Below, one piece after another: positions 28,853-38,163 of a stretch of DNA of 64,000 bases (position 1 is the stretch's first letter; each line of letters starts with the position of its first letter). Made by a program: the position numbers and the translations under genes. A model generated the notes under the pieces. That model did not search any database and was not told the origin of the DNA. It saw only the letters and a program-made list of their open reading frames with translations. The DNA is from an uncultured delta proteobacterium. GTDB taxonomy: Bacteria; Myxococcota; Myxococcia; Myxococcales; Myxococcaceae. The stretch is from contig CAVYSY010000040.1 in assembly GCA_963771175.1 (NCBI GenBank), positions 128,001-192,000 of the forward strand, given 5' to 3'.

Positions 28853-31186
28853 ATGGAGCGGATGCTGACGAACGAATTGGAGTCGAAGCCGCGGGGGTTC
28901 GAGCGCATGGCGCCCCTCGTGTTGGCCCTGGTGCTCGCGGGCTTCTACGCACCGCTCTGGCTGGGGCAGCAGCTCTACCGGCGCGACACGTGGCGGATGT
29001 TGGTGCCCTGCCGGGCCTACGTGGGCGAGCGGCTGCGCGCCGGGGAGTTCCCCTCCTGGTTTCCCTATGAGTCGCTCGGGAGTCCCTTCCATGCCCAGGC
29101 CGTATGTGGGGTGCTCCACCCGCTGACGTGGCTGTCCGTGTGGCTGCGCCCGGAGGTGGTCATCTCCCTCCAGACCCTGTGCGCGGTGGCGCTCGCGGCC
29201 TGGGGGACGTGGCGCCTGGCCCGCCTGCTCGGCGCGGAGCGTGGGGGGAGCGCGGTGGCGGCGGTGGCCTTCGCCCTCGGCGGCTACCTCACCTCGGAGA
29301 CCTCCAACATCGTCTACCTGTGGGGCGCGGCGCTCCTCCCGGTGCAGCTCTACGCCTTCGGCCGAGCGGCGCTCCGAGGGTGGGACCGCTCCCACTTCCT
29401 GTTGGCGCTCGGCGCGACCTCCTCCACGGTGCTCATCGGTGACCTCCAGGGGGTCTACCTCTTCACGCTCGCCGCCGGCTGCTTCGGGCTGGCCCTGGCG
29501 GGGGGGAGGTGGCGGCCGTATCTCGCCGGCTGCGTGGGGTGTGCGGTGCTCCTCGCGGGCCTGTGTGCGGCCCAGCTCCTGCCGAGCTGGACGCTGCTGG
29601 GCTCGAGCTCGCGCGCCGGGGGACTTTCCTGGGAGGAGGCGACGTACTGGTCGCTCCATCCGCTCCGGTTGCCCGAGCTGCTCCTGCCGGGCCTCACGCC
29701 GCTGGGCGCCCCTGGCCGGGCCCAGGCCCTCTTCGGCTCGGTGCCGGGCTACCTCTTCTGGGCCGAGGCGCTCGGTGGCAGTGCCCTGGTGTCCTTCCTC
29801 GCCGTGCTCGGGCTGTTCCACCCGGGCGTGTCACGGCGGGTGCGCGGGGTGCTCGCGGGCCTGGCGCTGGTGGGGCTCCTCCTCGCGCTCGGCCAGTACG
29901 GTGGGCTCTACCGGCTCGCCTTCGCGGTGCTCCCGTTGATGAACAGCTTCCGCTGGCCGGAGAAGGTGGTGCCCCTCTTCCTCTCGGCCTGGGCCGTGCT
30001 CGCCGCCCTGGGCTGGACCCGGGCCTTGGAGGGGCGGTGGCGCCCCGCGGCGTTCGCCACGGGAGGGTTGGGGTTGTTCGCCGTGGGGGCCCTCGCGTCC
30101 GCGGGTGCGTTCTCGCCCGTGGTGGGGGAGTACCTGGTGGATCTCGGGCTCGCGCTCGGCTTCGGCGCGGCGGTGCTGGCCGTCTGCGCGCTCCTGGCGC
30201 GAGCGCCCGCCGGAGTCCGTGGCCCCGTCCTCTTCGCACTGGTGCTCCTGGAGACCACCGCCAGCAGCCTCCCCGTCCTCGACGTGCGGCCGCTCGAGGA
30301 CTCGGCCACGCCTCCCGTCACGGTCGAGCCGCTGCGGGCCATGGGGGCAGGGCCCGGGAAGATGCGCGTGATGAACCTCGGCATCGACGGCCAGCCCCTG
30401 GACGAGGGGAGCCTGGCCACCGAGGCGGATCGGCAACGGGCGGACCTGGAACGCGATGCGCTGTTGGCGCTGATCGGCGGCCAGTACGGCATCGAGGTGC
30501 CCGACCTCTATTTCCAGGGACAGGTGGCCCAACTCCCCGAGCTGTTTGGGGCGGGGCAGCAGTGGGTGGAGGCGCTCGCTCCCCGGTTGAACGTGGGCAT
30601 TGCCCTCTCCCGGGAGGAGTACGCGCCGGACTTCGCGGCGTTGGGCTTCCAGCAGCACGGGAAGACGAACACGGGGGTGGTCGTCTTCGAGGTGCCCCGG
30701 GTGTGGCCTCGCGCCTATCTGGCCGCCCCTCGCGCCCTGGAGCCCGGGAAGGAGCCGCGCCTGCAGCTCGCCACGCTGGAGCGGGGCTCCGTGCTCGTCC
30801 CCGGGTGGACGGAGCCTCCGGGGCCTCCCGTCACCGGCTCGGCACTCATCACCTCGTACGCCCCCGAGGAGGTGCGGGTGGCCGTCCAGGCCGAGGCGCC
30901 CGGGGTGCTCGTCCTCAGCGATCTCCACAGCCCCGGCTGGAGCGCCACCGTGGGAGGCGAGCCCGCGCAGATCCTCAACGTCAACCTGGTGGTGCGGGGC
31001 GTGCGTGTCCCGGCGGGGACGCACGAGGTGGTGTTCCGCTACGAGGCCCCGGGTCTGGCCGCCGGCCTGACCGTCAGCGCGCTCTCTCTGGTGCTCCTGC
31101 TGCTCCTGCTGCTGTGGCGATGGCCCTGGCGCCGGCTGCAAGCGGCCCTGGCGCTCGAAGGAGGAGGGGGCACCGCGCACGCTTGA
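28853..31186 (+). CDS. YfhO-family polytopic membrane protein (GT-C glycosyltransferase-like)
   Basis: GEFPSWFPY..G.PF, many TM helices, FRWPEK, and C-terminal LVLSD..PGWSATV..RGV.VPAGTHEV.FRY. Confidence 0.85.
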   Translation: MERMLTNELESKPRGFERMAPLVLALVLAGFYAPLWLGQQLYRRDTWRMLVPCRAYVGERLRAGEFPSWFPYESLGSPFHAQAVCGVLHPLTWLSVWLRPEVVISLQTLCAVALAAWGTWRLARLLGAERGGSAVAAVAFALGGYLTSETSNIVYLWGAALLPVQLYAFGRAALRGWDRSHFLLALGATSSTVLIGDLQGVYLFTLAAGCFGLALAGGRWRPYLAGCVGCAVLLAGLCAAQLLPSWTLLGSSSRAGGLSWEEATYWSLHPLRLPELLLPGLTPLGAPGRAQALFGSVPGYLFWAEALGGSALVSFLAVLGLFHPGVSRRVRGVLAGLALVGLLLALGQYGGLYRLAFAVLPLMNSFRWPEKVVPLFLSAWAVLAALGWTRALEGRWRPAAFATGGLGLFAVGALASAGAFSPVVGEYLVDLGLALGFGAAVLAVCALLARAPAGVRGPVLFALVLLETTASSLPVLDVRPLEDSATPPVTVEPLRAMGAGPGKMRVMNLGIDGQPLDEGSLATEADRQRADLERDALLALIGGQYGIEVPDLYFQGQVAQLPELFGAGQQWVEALAPRLNVGIALSREEYAPDFAALGFQQHGKTNTGVVVFEVPRVWPRAYLAAPRALEPGKEPRLQLATLERGSVLVPGWTEPPGPPVTGSALITSYAPEEVRVAVQAEAPGVLVLSDLHSPGWSATVGGEPAQILNVNLVVRGVRVPAGTHEVVFRYEAPGLAAGLTVSALSLVLLLLLLLWRWPWRRLQAALALEGGGGTAHA

Positions 31187-31217
31187 CCGCCGGACTCGTG
31201 CCGCTACTGTGGGCGCC

Positions 31218-31760
31218 ATGTCGCGGATGAGCGTGGTGGGGTCGGTCCTCTTGCTGTCGGGTCTCGGGTGTGGTTACCGCTTCACGTCCAGGGGCGCGGC
31301 GCTGCCCGAGGGCGTGCGCACGGTATGCGCGCCCGTCTTCACCAACAACACGTCCGAGCCGGGCTTGGAGCTGCTCTTCACCCGGGCCTTCCGCCAGGAG
31401 CTGGTGCGCGCCGGAGTGCTTGGCGGCACCGGTGCCTGCGAGGCCTCAGTGCTGGGTGTGGTGGAAGAGGTGGGGAGCGGGCCCACCATCCTCACCGAGC
31501 CTGTTTATCAGGGGAACACACGCGTCGCCGCGCCACAGCTCGCCAGCTACCGCGCCCGGGTGAGGGTGCGGTTGCGGCTGCTGAAGGACACACGGGAGCT
31601 GGCGACGACGAGTGTCGTCGGTAACGAGGACTTCCTGCCGGGCACGGCGAGCGTGTCCGGCGACGTCCTGGAAGCTGAAGCCAACCGGCAGGCCGCGCTT
31701 CACCGTCTCTCGGAGACGTTGATGCGCGAGGGGTACGACCGGTTGGCAAGCAACTGGTGA
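31218..31760 (+). CDS. lptE: LPS assembly lipoprotein LptE
   Basis: Lipobox GLG-CGYRF, PVFTNNT.EPGLE; downstream of leuS as usual. Confidence 0.85.
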   Translation: MSRMSVVGSVLLLSGLGCGYRFTSRGAALPEGVRTVCAPVFTNNTSEPGLELLFTRAFRQELVRAGVLGGTGACEASVLGVVEEVGSGPTILTEPVYQGNTRVAAPQLASYRARVRVRLRLLKDTRELATTSVVGNEDFLPGTASVSGDVLEAEANRQAALHRLSETLMREGYDRLASNW

Positions 31761-31771
31761 GACGACCGCGA

Positions 31772-32047
31772 TTACTTCGCGGCGGCCTTGGCGCGGTTCG
31801 CGGCCTTGGCGAGCCGGGAGCTGCGGCGCGAGGCGGCGCGCTTGTGGATGACGCCCTTGGAGGCGGCCTTGTCGATGGTGCGGATGGCGGCCTTGAGGGC
31901 CTCGCCGGACTTCGCCGCATCCTTGGTGGTGAGGGTCTCGCGCAGTCCCTTCACGGCATCCTTCACCGTGTTGCGGACGTTGACATTGCGCGCGCGGCGC
32001 TTCAGGGCCTGGCGGTTACGCTTCTCTGCGGACTTGGTGTTGGCCAA
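31772..32047 (-). CDS. rpsT: 30S ribosomal protein S20
   Basis: TTG start after GGAG; ANTKSAEKRNRQ..IDKAASKGVIHKRAASRR.SRL. Confidence 0.97.
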   Translation of the reverse strand: MANTKSAEKRNRQALKRRARNVNVRNTVKDAVKGLRETLTTKDAAKSGEALKAAIRTIDKAASKGVIHKRAASRRSSRLAKAANRAKAAAK

Positions 32048-32085
32048 GGTGATCTCCAACGTACGGCTGTGGAAAAGAGGCGCCG

Positions 32086-32114
32086 TACCTACTTCGGCGC
32101 CTACCCAGCGTCAA
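32086..32114 (-). promoter_or_regulatory. Sigma70-type promoter of rpsT (TTGACG-N17-TAGGTA)
   Basis: The minus strand reads TTGACGctgggtaggcgccgaagTAGGTA. Confidence 0.55.
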
Positions 32115-32160
32115 GGCTTGCGTGATCCGTGCCACGGATCAGACGCACGGAACGTATCAA

Positions 32161-33339
32161 TCAACGGGCCCCGAAGGTGTATTCCCAGCGAAATCCGGAG
32201 GGATCCCGGAAGGCGAGCCGGCCCGTTCCGCCCCCGCCCTCCAGGACGCACCCGGGCGAGGTGCGCTCCAGGGAGGTGCGCAGCCGTTCCACCGCCTCGG
32301 CCGAGGGCGCACCGAAGGTGAGGGTGGCGGGGGAGGGGGTCGCCGGGCCCGGGGTGAAGACGAGCCGGTACAGCCCGTCCCCATAAGCCGCCTCGTCGGG
32401 GGCCCCCCGCTCCGAGCCCCAGCCGAGCAGCGGGGCCACCTTGTCCCAGAAGGCCCGCTGGGCGGAGAGGTCCGTCACCGGCAGGCGCAGGGCGATCAGC
32501 GGGGCGCGGGGCACGCGGGTGGGAGGGGGCAGGGACTTCTCCACCGCCTTGGCCGCCAGCCAGTGGCGGTCCATGTGCTCCAGGGTGGCCTCCCCGAGAG
32601 GAATGCCCTCGGCGCGCAGGGCGGATTCGATGTGCTGGAAGCGGGTGGTGAAGCGGCGGATGGCCATGCGCAGCGCGTCCTCGGCCGGCGTCTGGATGAA
32701 GCGCGCGAGGTTGGCCAGGGAGAAGAGGACATCCCCCAGCTCGTGCTCCAGCTCGTCCCGGTTCCCCGAGGCGATGGCCTCGTCCAGCTCGCCCAGCTCC
32801 TCGTACAGCTTGGCGCGCACCTCCTGGAGGCTCGGCCAGTCGAAGCCGATGCGGCTGGCCTTCTCCGTGAGCCGCTCGGCGCGCAGCAGCGACGGGGCGC
32901 CCGTGGGCACGCCGTCGAGCACCGAGCCCTCTCGGCCCGTCTTCTTCTTGCGCTCCTCCGCCTTGAGCTTCGCCCAGTTGGCCAGCACCTGGGGGGTGCC
33001 ATCCACCTGCTTATCTCCGAAGACGTGGGGGTGGCGGCTGGTGAGCTTGTCGCTGATTGCCGCGGACACGTCCGCCATGGAGAACTCCCCCAGCTCCTCG
33101 GCGAGCCGGGCGTGGAAGACGATCTGGAAGAGCAGATCCCCCAGCTCCTCGCACAGCGGGCGCCACGGGCCTCCCTCGGCCACCCGATCCATCTCGTCGA
33201 GGACCTCGAAGGCCTCCTCGGTGAGGTAGGGCCGCAGCGAGCGCAGATCCTGCTCCCTGTCCCAAGGGCAGCCATCCTGGGCCCGCAGGCGGGCCATGAT
33301 TTTCACCAGCCTGTCCAATTGCTCCCCTGCTGCACTCAC
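32161..33339 (-). CDS. mazG: Nucleoside triphosphate pyrophosphohydrolase MazG with C-terminal VOC/glyoxalase-like domain
   Basis: GCPWDREQ, EEAFEV, EELGDLLFQIVFHA, RHPHVFG, GFDW, ELGDVLF; tail LPVTDLSAQRAFW..FRDPSGFRWE. Confidence 0.92.
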   Translation of the reverse strand: MSAAGEQLDRLVKIMARLRAQDGCPWDREQDLRSLRPYLTEEAFEVLDEMDRVAEGGPWRPLCEELGDLLFQIVFHARLAEELGEFSMADVSAAISDKLTSRHPHVFGDKQVDGTPQVLANWAKLKAEERKKKTGREGSVLDGVPTGAPSLLRAERLTEKASRIGFDWPSLQEVRAKLYEELGELDEAIASGNRDELEHELGDVLFSLANLARFIQTPAEDALRMAIRRFTTRFQHIESALRAEGIPLGEATLEHMDRHWLAAKAVEKSLPPPTRVPRAPLIALRLPVTDLSAQRAFWDKVAPLLGWGSERGAPDEAAYGDGLYRLVFTPGPATPSPATLTFGAPSAEAVERLRTSLERTSPGCVLEGGGGTGRLAFRDPSGFRWEYTFGAR

Positions 33340-33448
33340 GGTTCCTTCTCCTCTCCGAGCAAGCGGGCTTGAGCTACCACGGGGAAACCGCTGGAAGGAC
33401 ATGACAACTTCCGTGGGGGGTGCCCGTCGCCTATCATCGGGACCCTGA

Positions 33449-35668
33449 ATGTCGCGTTCCCCCCTCTTGCGCATCCTGTCGCTGCTGATGTGCCTCGCGC
33501 TGTGGACGCCCGTGGAGTGGGCGCACGCGCAGCCGAGGTCCTCGAAGCAGCAGAAGCAGAACCAGCCCCCCTCCAACTCCAAGGGGTATGACGACCCTTC
33601 GCTGCTGGATCCGGAGGAGATGGCCCAGCCGGTGGAGATGGAGGCCGACGACTCCGAGGAGCAGGTGGAGGAGGAGGACGCCGCGCCTCGTGGCCGAGGC
33701 AAGAAGGGCAAGGGCTCGTCGCGGGACGCCGAGGCCGAGGCGGAGCAACCGGCGGGCGTGGAGGAGACTCCTGTCCCCACCACTCCGGCCGCCGCGCAGC
33801 CGCCGGCCCCGGTGGTCCGTCCTCCCCCGCCGAACATCCTCACCCCGCGGGTGACCGACGCGGACCTGCAGAAGGTCTGGGACAAGTGGCAGAAGGCGGT
33901 GGCCGCGCTGGACATGGAGTCGGCGCGCAAGGCCCAGCAGGAGCTGCTGGACCTCAAGGACGACGTGGCGGCCCTGGACATGGAGTCGCTCAGCGTCGCC
34001 TTCATCCGGGCGGCCGAGGGCCGGCGCAAGGCCAACGACGAGGCGGGGGCGCTGCAGCTCGTGGAGCAGGCGGTGACGCTCTCGCCGAACCTGCCCTATG
34101 CGCGGCTCGCGCTCGCCGAGGCCTACATGCACCGCTCCGCTGGCGACGTGGGCCCCTACTTCCGCGAGGTGAAGGCCGCGCTCTCGGTGATGCTGGAGGA
34201 TCCGCGCTACCGGCGTCCGGTGATGGCGGACCTCGGGGCGGTGTTCCTGGTGGCGGTGCTGGCCACGGCGGCGGTGGTGGTGGGCGTGCTCTTCGCACGG
34301 CGGGTGCGCTTCTTCCTCCATGACTTCCACCACCTCTTCCCCAGGGCGGCGGCGAAGTGGCAGTCGGCGGCCCTGGCGGTGCTGCTGCTGATCGGCACGC
34401 CGATCGCGCTGCGGCTGGGCCTGGTGCCCGTGCTGCTCATCCTGCTGGCGTCGGTGGCCTTCTACCTCTCGGTGACGGAGCGGGCGGTGGCCGCGGTGTT
34501 GCTGGTGCTGGCGGCGATGGTGCCGTTCGCCGCCGGGAAGATCGCCCTGACCGCGAGCTTCGCCGGGACGGTGGCCGAGGACGTGTACGTGCTGGAGCGC
34601 GGTGGGCTCGCCGTGGAGCAGGTGGCGGACCGGGTGCGTGCGCGGCACGAGAAGAAGCAGGCCGGCTTCGCGGAGCTGTTCGCGCTCGGGCGCTTCGAGG
34701 CCCGTCGTGGCCAGATGCAGGAGGCCATCGCCCACTACAAGGCGGCGGCGGCCCTGCGGCCCGGGCATGCGGCGCTGATGACCAACCTCGGCAACGCGAT
34801 GCTGGCCACGGGCGACCAGGACGGCGCGGCGCGCATCTACGCCGAGGCCTCGGGCGCGGATCCCGGTCTGGCCGCTCCGGCCTTCAACCTGGCCGAGGTC
34901 TATCGCCGCCGGGCCACGGTGGCTCCGGACGAGTCGATTGGTGCGGAGAATCAGCGGGCGCGCGATGCGCTCGCCGCCGCGCAGCGCCTGGATGCGTCCC
35001 TGCTGATGTGGAAGCGTCCGCTGGATGAGCGCCTGCTGATGAACCGCCTGCTGATCAGCCCGCCGCTCACCGAGGCGGACCTGCCGGACACCGAGGATCC
35101 GGTGGCGGCGCAGCGGGTGGAGGCGCAGCTCTCGCGCCGGCTGCTCGGTGGCGGCTCGGCGGGGTCGGCCTGGATGCTGCCCGTGCTGGGCGCGCTGCTC
35201 GCCTTCGCGTGGGGCTTCGCTGGCAGAGCGATGAAGGCCTCGCGCGAGTGCGAGAAGTGCGGTCGTCCGGTGTGCCGGCGGTGCGACAAGGAGCTGGGCG
35301 TGGCGGCCAAGATGTGCGCCCAGTGCGTCAACGTCTTCTCCCGCAACAAGGGCGCGGTGGAGGCGCGCGTCCGGGCCCGCAAGCAGATCGAGATCGAGCG
35401 CCACCGTCAGTGGGAGGGGTACGTGTCGTACGCCTTCGGCGCGCTGGTGTCCGGCGCGGGCCACCTCTTCCACGGGCTGGCGGTGCGTGGTGCCCTCTAC
35501 GCCTTCCTCTTCCTCCTGGCGGTGTCCGGCGTGCTGCTGCGCTCCGGGGTGCTGCGCGCGCCGTATGGCGAGGTGCCGCTGTACCTCAAGCTGGCTCCGC
35601 TGCTGCTCCTCCTCATCCCCCTTCACCTTTTGACGTTGCGCGGGCTGTACCGCCGCCAGAACGAGTAG
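33449..35668 (+). CDS. Signal-peptide TPR membrane protein with Cys zinc-finger
   Basis: Signal (AHA-Q), acidic/Pro linker, TPR-like helices, TM blocks, CEKCGRPVCRRC..CAQC. Confidence 0.8.
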   Translation: MSRSPLLRILSLLMCLALWTPVEWAHAQPRSSKQQKQNQPPSNSKGYDDPSLLDPEEMAQPVEMEADDSEEQVEEEDAAPRGRGKKGKGSSRDAEAEAEQPAGVEETPVPTTPAAAQPPAPVVRPPPPNILTPRVTDADLQKVWDKWQKAVAALDMESARKAQQELLDLKDDVAALDMESLSVAFIRAAEGRRKANDEAGALQLVEQAVTLSPNLPYARLALAEAYMHRSAGDVGPYFREVKAALSVMLEDPRYRRPVMADLGAVFLVAVLATAAVVVGVLFARRVRFFLHDFHHLFPRAAAKWQSAALAVLLLIGTPIALRLGLVPVLLILLASVAFYLSVTERAVAAVLLVLAAMVPFAAGKIALTASFAGTVAEDVYVLERGGLAVEQVADRVRARHEKKQAGFAELFALGRFEARRGQMQEAIAHYKAAAALRPGHAALMTNLGNAMLATGDQDGAARIYAEASGADPGLAAPAFNLAEVYRRRATVAPDESIGAENQRARDALAAAQRLDASLLMWKRPLDERLLMNRLLISPPLTEADLPDTEDPVAAQRVEAQLSRRLLGGGSAGSAWMLPVLGALLAFAWGFAGRAMKASRECEKCGRPVCRRCDKELGVAAKMCAQCVNVFSRNKGAVEARVRARKQIEIERHRQWEGYVSYAFGALVSGAGHLFHGLAVRGALYAFLFLLAVSGVLLRSGVLRAPYGEVPLYLKLAPLLLLLIPLHLLTLRGLYRRQNE

Positions 35669-35680
35669 GTCGGAACGACG

Positions 35681-36865
35681 ATGGCCCTCTCGGGAACGCT
35701 CAAGGACTTCGGCATCGCGGACATCCTGCAGCTCATCGGGCAGCAGCAGAAGACCGGTGTGCTGTACCTCAAGAGCAAGGATCAGGACGTCCAGGTCTTC
35801 TTCCGGGACGGCAACATCGTCCGGGCCGAGAGCATCACCCGGAAGAAGAAGGACCTCCTCGGCAACATGCTGGTGCGGGCCGAGCTCATCACCGAGCAGC
35901 AGCTCGAGAGCGCGCTGGACGTGCAGAAGCGCACCCTCAAGCGGCTCGGCGACGTGCTCACCGCCAGCGGCGCCATCACCGCCGAGAAGCTCAAGCAGAT
36001 GATGCAGCTCCAGGTGACGGAGACCCTCTACGGGCTCTTCTCCTGGAAGGCGGGCACCTACGAGTTCAAGGTGGAGGAGGTCCCCGCGGACGGCGATCCC
36101 ATCACGCCGCTGCGTGCCGAGAGCGTGCTGATGGAAGGCTTCCGGATGGTGGACGAGTGGCCCCACGTCCGGAAGAAGATCTCCCACGCGGCGATGACCT
36201 TCGAGAGGTTGAAGGAGCTGCCCGCCCGGGTCGAGAAGGAGGACGACTTCGATGCCGCCTTCGACGACGCCTTCTCCGAGGCGAAGGAGGAGAAGAAGGA
36301 CGAGAACAAGGGCGACTTCAAGTCCATCGGCAACTCCGAGCGCCGCGTCTACGCGCTCGTCGCCCCCGGCCGCGACGTGCGCAAGCTGGTGGACCTGAGC
36401 TGCCTGGGCGAGTTCGAGACCTGCAAGGCGCTCGTCAACCTGCTCAACCTCGAATACATCCGCGGCATCCAGCCCTCGGGGCGGGCGGCCTCGGTGGGCG
36501 GGGCCGGCCTGCTCGTTCGGGTGGGCGGCATGGTGGCCCGCGGCGTGGTCACCATGATCGTGCTGGTCGCGCTGGGTTTCGTGGGCTCGCGCCTCAAGCC
36601 GGACACCTGGGACCTGGGAGACGAGTCGGCTTCCTCCTACGCGGATCCGGCGACCCAGCGACTTCTGTCGCGTGCGCAACAGGCCCGAATCGAGGCGGCG
36701 CTGGAGGTGTTCCGTCTGGAGAAGGGCGCTCTCCCCGAAGGCCTCGAGGCCCTGGTGGAGGGCGGGCTCCTCCAGCGCGAAGATCTGCGCTACCCCTGGC
36801 GGGACGATTACTATTATCGCCGTACGTCAGACCGGCAGTTCATCCTGCTACCTCCCCTGCGCTAG
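35681..36865 (+). CDS. DUF4388 domain protein with MshEN-like repeat, TM helix and GspG-like C-terminus
   Basis: MALSGTLKDFGIADILQLI..KTGVL; LLGNMLV..RLGDVL; TM helix; AALEVFRLEKGALP..L..LV..YPW..YYY. Confidence 0.8.
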   Translation: MALSGTLKDFGIADILQLIGQQQKTGVLYLKSKDQDVQVFFRDGNIVRAESITRKKKDLLGNMLVRAELITEQQLESALDVQKRTLKRLGDVLTASGAITAEKLKQMMQLQVTETLYGLFSWKAGTYEFKVEEVPADGDPITPLRAESVLMEGFRMVDEWPHVRKKISHAAMTFERLKELPARVEKEDDFDAAFDDAFSEAKEEKKDENKGDFKSIGNSERRVYALVAPGRDVRKLVDLSCLGEFETCKALVNLLNLEYIRGIQPSGRAASVGGAGLLVRVGGMVARGVVTMIVLVALGFVGSRLKPDTWDLGDESASSYADPATQRLLSRAQQARIEAALEVFRLEKGALPEGLEALVEGGLLQREDLRYPWRDDYYYRRTSDRQFILLPPLR

Positions 36866-36974
36866 GCGGGCTGCTTGCTTCCACCTTTCGCTGGCAGCGG
36901 GGGGACGTTAGCTTGAAGTGCGAGGTCGATTTTCGACCTGGAACCCGCCCCGAGGAACTGAGGGATTGGACGAA

Positions 36975-38057
36975 TTGCGAAACTCCGCCACTGTAGAGGC
37001 CCCCGCAGTCAGCCCCACCTCCGCCAAGGTGGATGTCCGCGATAACGCGACGACCCTGGCGTTGTGTGGCAACCAGAACGAAAACCTCAAGCTCATGGAG
37101 CGGCGCCTCGGTATCCGGGTCGGACAGCGGGGGACCGAGCTCCACCTGTCCGGGCCCTCTGACGCCGTGGCGTTCGCGGTGCGGCTGGTGGAGAACCTCG
37201 AGGAGGTCATCCGCGCCGGTCGACCCGTCTACCGCGAGGACGTCGAGCAGGCCATCAAGGTGCTCGGCCGCGGCGGCGCCGAGTCCCTCCAGGAGGTCAT
37301 GCTCGGCCCCGTGCTCAAGAGCTCGGGCAACAAGCAGATCGCCCCCAAGAGCATCGCGCAGAAGCGGTACGTGGACGCCATCCGCGCCCACGACATCGTC
37401 TTCGGCATCGGTCCCGCCGGGACGGGCAAGACGTACCTCGCCATGGCCATGGCGGTGTCCTTCCTGCAGGAGCGCAAGGTCAAGCGCATCGTCCTGGCGC
37501 GCCCCGCGGTGGAGGCCGGCGAGAAGCTGGGCTTCCTCCCGGGTGATCTGGCCGAGAAGGTCAACCCCTACCTGCGCCCGCTCTACGACGCCCTGCACGA
37601 CATGATGGCCGTCGATCGCGCCAACGGCCTCATCGAGCAGGGCGTGGTGGAGGTGGCCCCGCTGGCCTTCATGCGCGGCCGCACGCTCAACGACTCCTTC
37701 GTCATCCTCGACGAGGCGCAGAACACCACCGTCGAGCAGATGAAGATGTTCCTCACCCGTCTGGGCTACAACAGCAAGGCGGTCATCACCGGCGACGTGA
37801 CGCAGGTGGATCTGCCGACCGGCAAGACGAGCGGCCTGCACCACGCCCGCTCCATCCTCAAGAACGTGGAGGGCATCAACATCTCCGAGTTCACCGAGGT
37901 GGACGTGGTCCGCCACCCGCTGGTGCAGGAGGTGATCCGCGCCTACGACCGCTACGACGCGGCCCAGCAGGCGGCCAAGGCCCTCAAGGAGGCCGAGGCG
38001 GCTTCGGCCTCCCCGACTCCGGAGCAGCGGCCGGCCTCGGACACGTCGACCTCCTGA
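36975..38057 (+). CDS. phoH: PhoH family ATPase
   Basis: [51 protein letters not shown]; start is approximate. Confidence 0.95.
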   Translation: MRNSATVEAPAVSPTSAKVDVRDNATTLALCGNQNENLKLMERRLGIRVGQRGTELHLSGPSDAVAFAVRLVENLEEVIRAGRPVYREDVEQAIKVLGRGGAESLQEVMLGPVLKSSGNKQIAPKSIAQKRYVDAIRAHDIVFGIGPAGTGKTYLAMAMAVSFLQERKVKRIVLARPAVEAGEKLGFLPGDLAEKVNPYLRPLYDALHDMMAVDRANGLIEQGVVEVAPLAFMRGRTLNDSFVILDEAQNTTVEQMKMFLTRLGYNSKAVITGDVTQVDLPTGKTSGLHHARSILKNVEGINISEFTEVDVVRHPLVQEVIRAYDRYDAAQQAAKALKEAEAASASPTPEQRPASDTSTS

Positions 38058-38163
38058 AGTCAATGACTTAGGGACCGAGCAGACGCCTGGGGGCGGTGGG
38101 AAGAATTCCGCCGCCCTCCGTGCTTGAAGTACCCGTCACGCCTCCCATAGGTTGAGCCACCTC

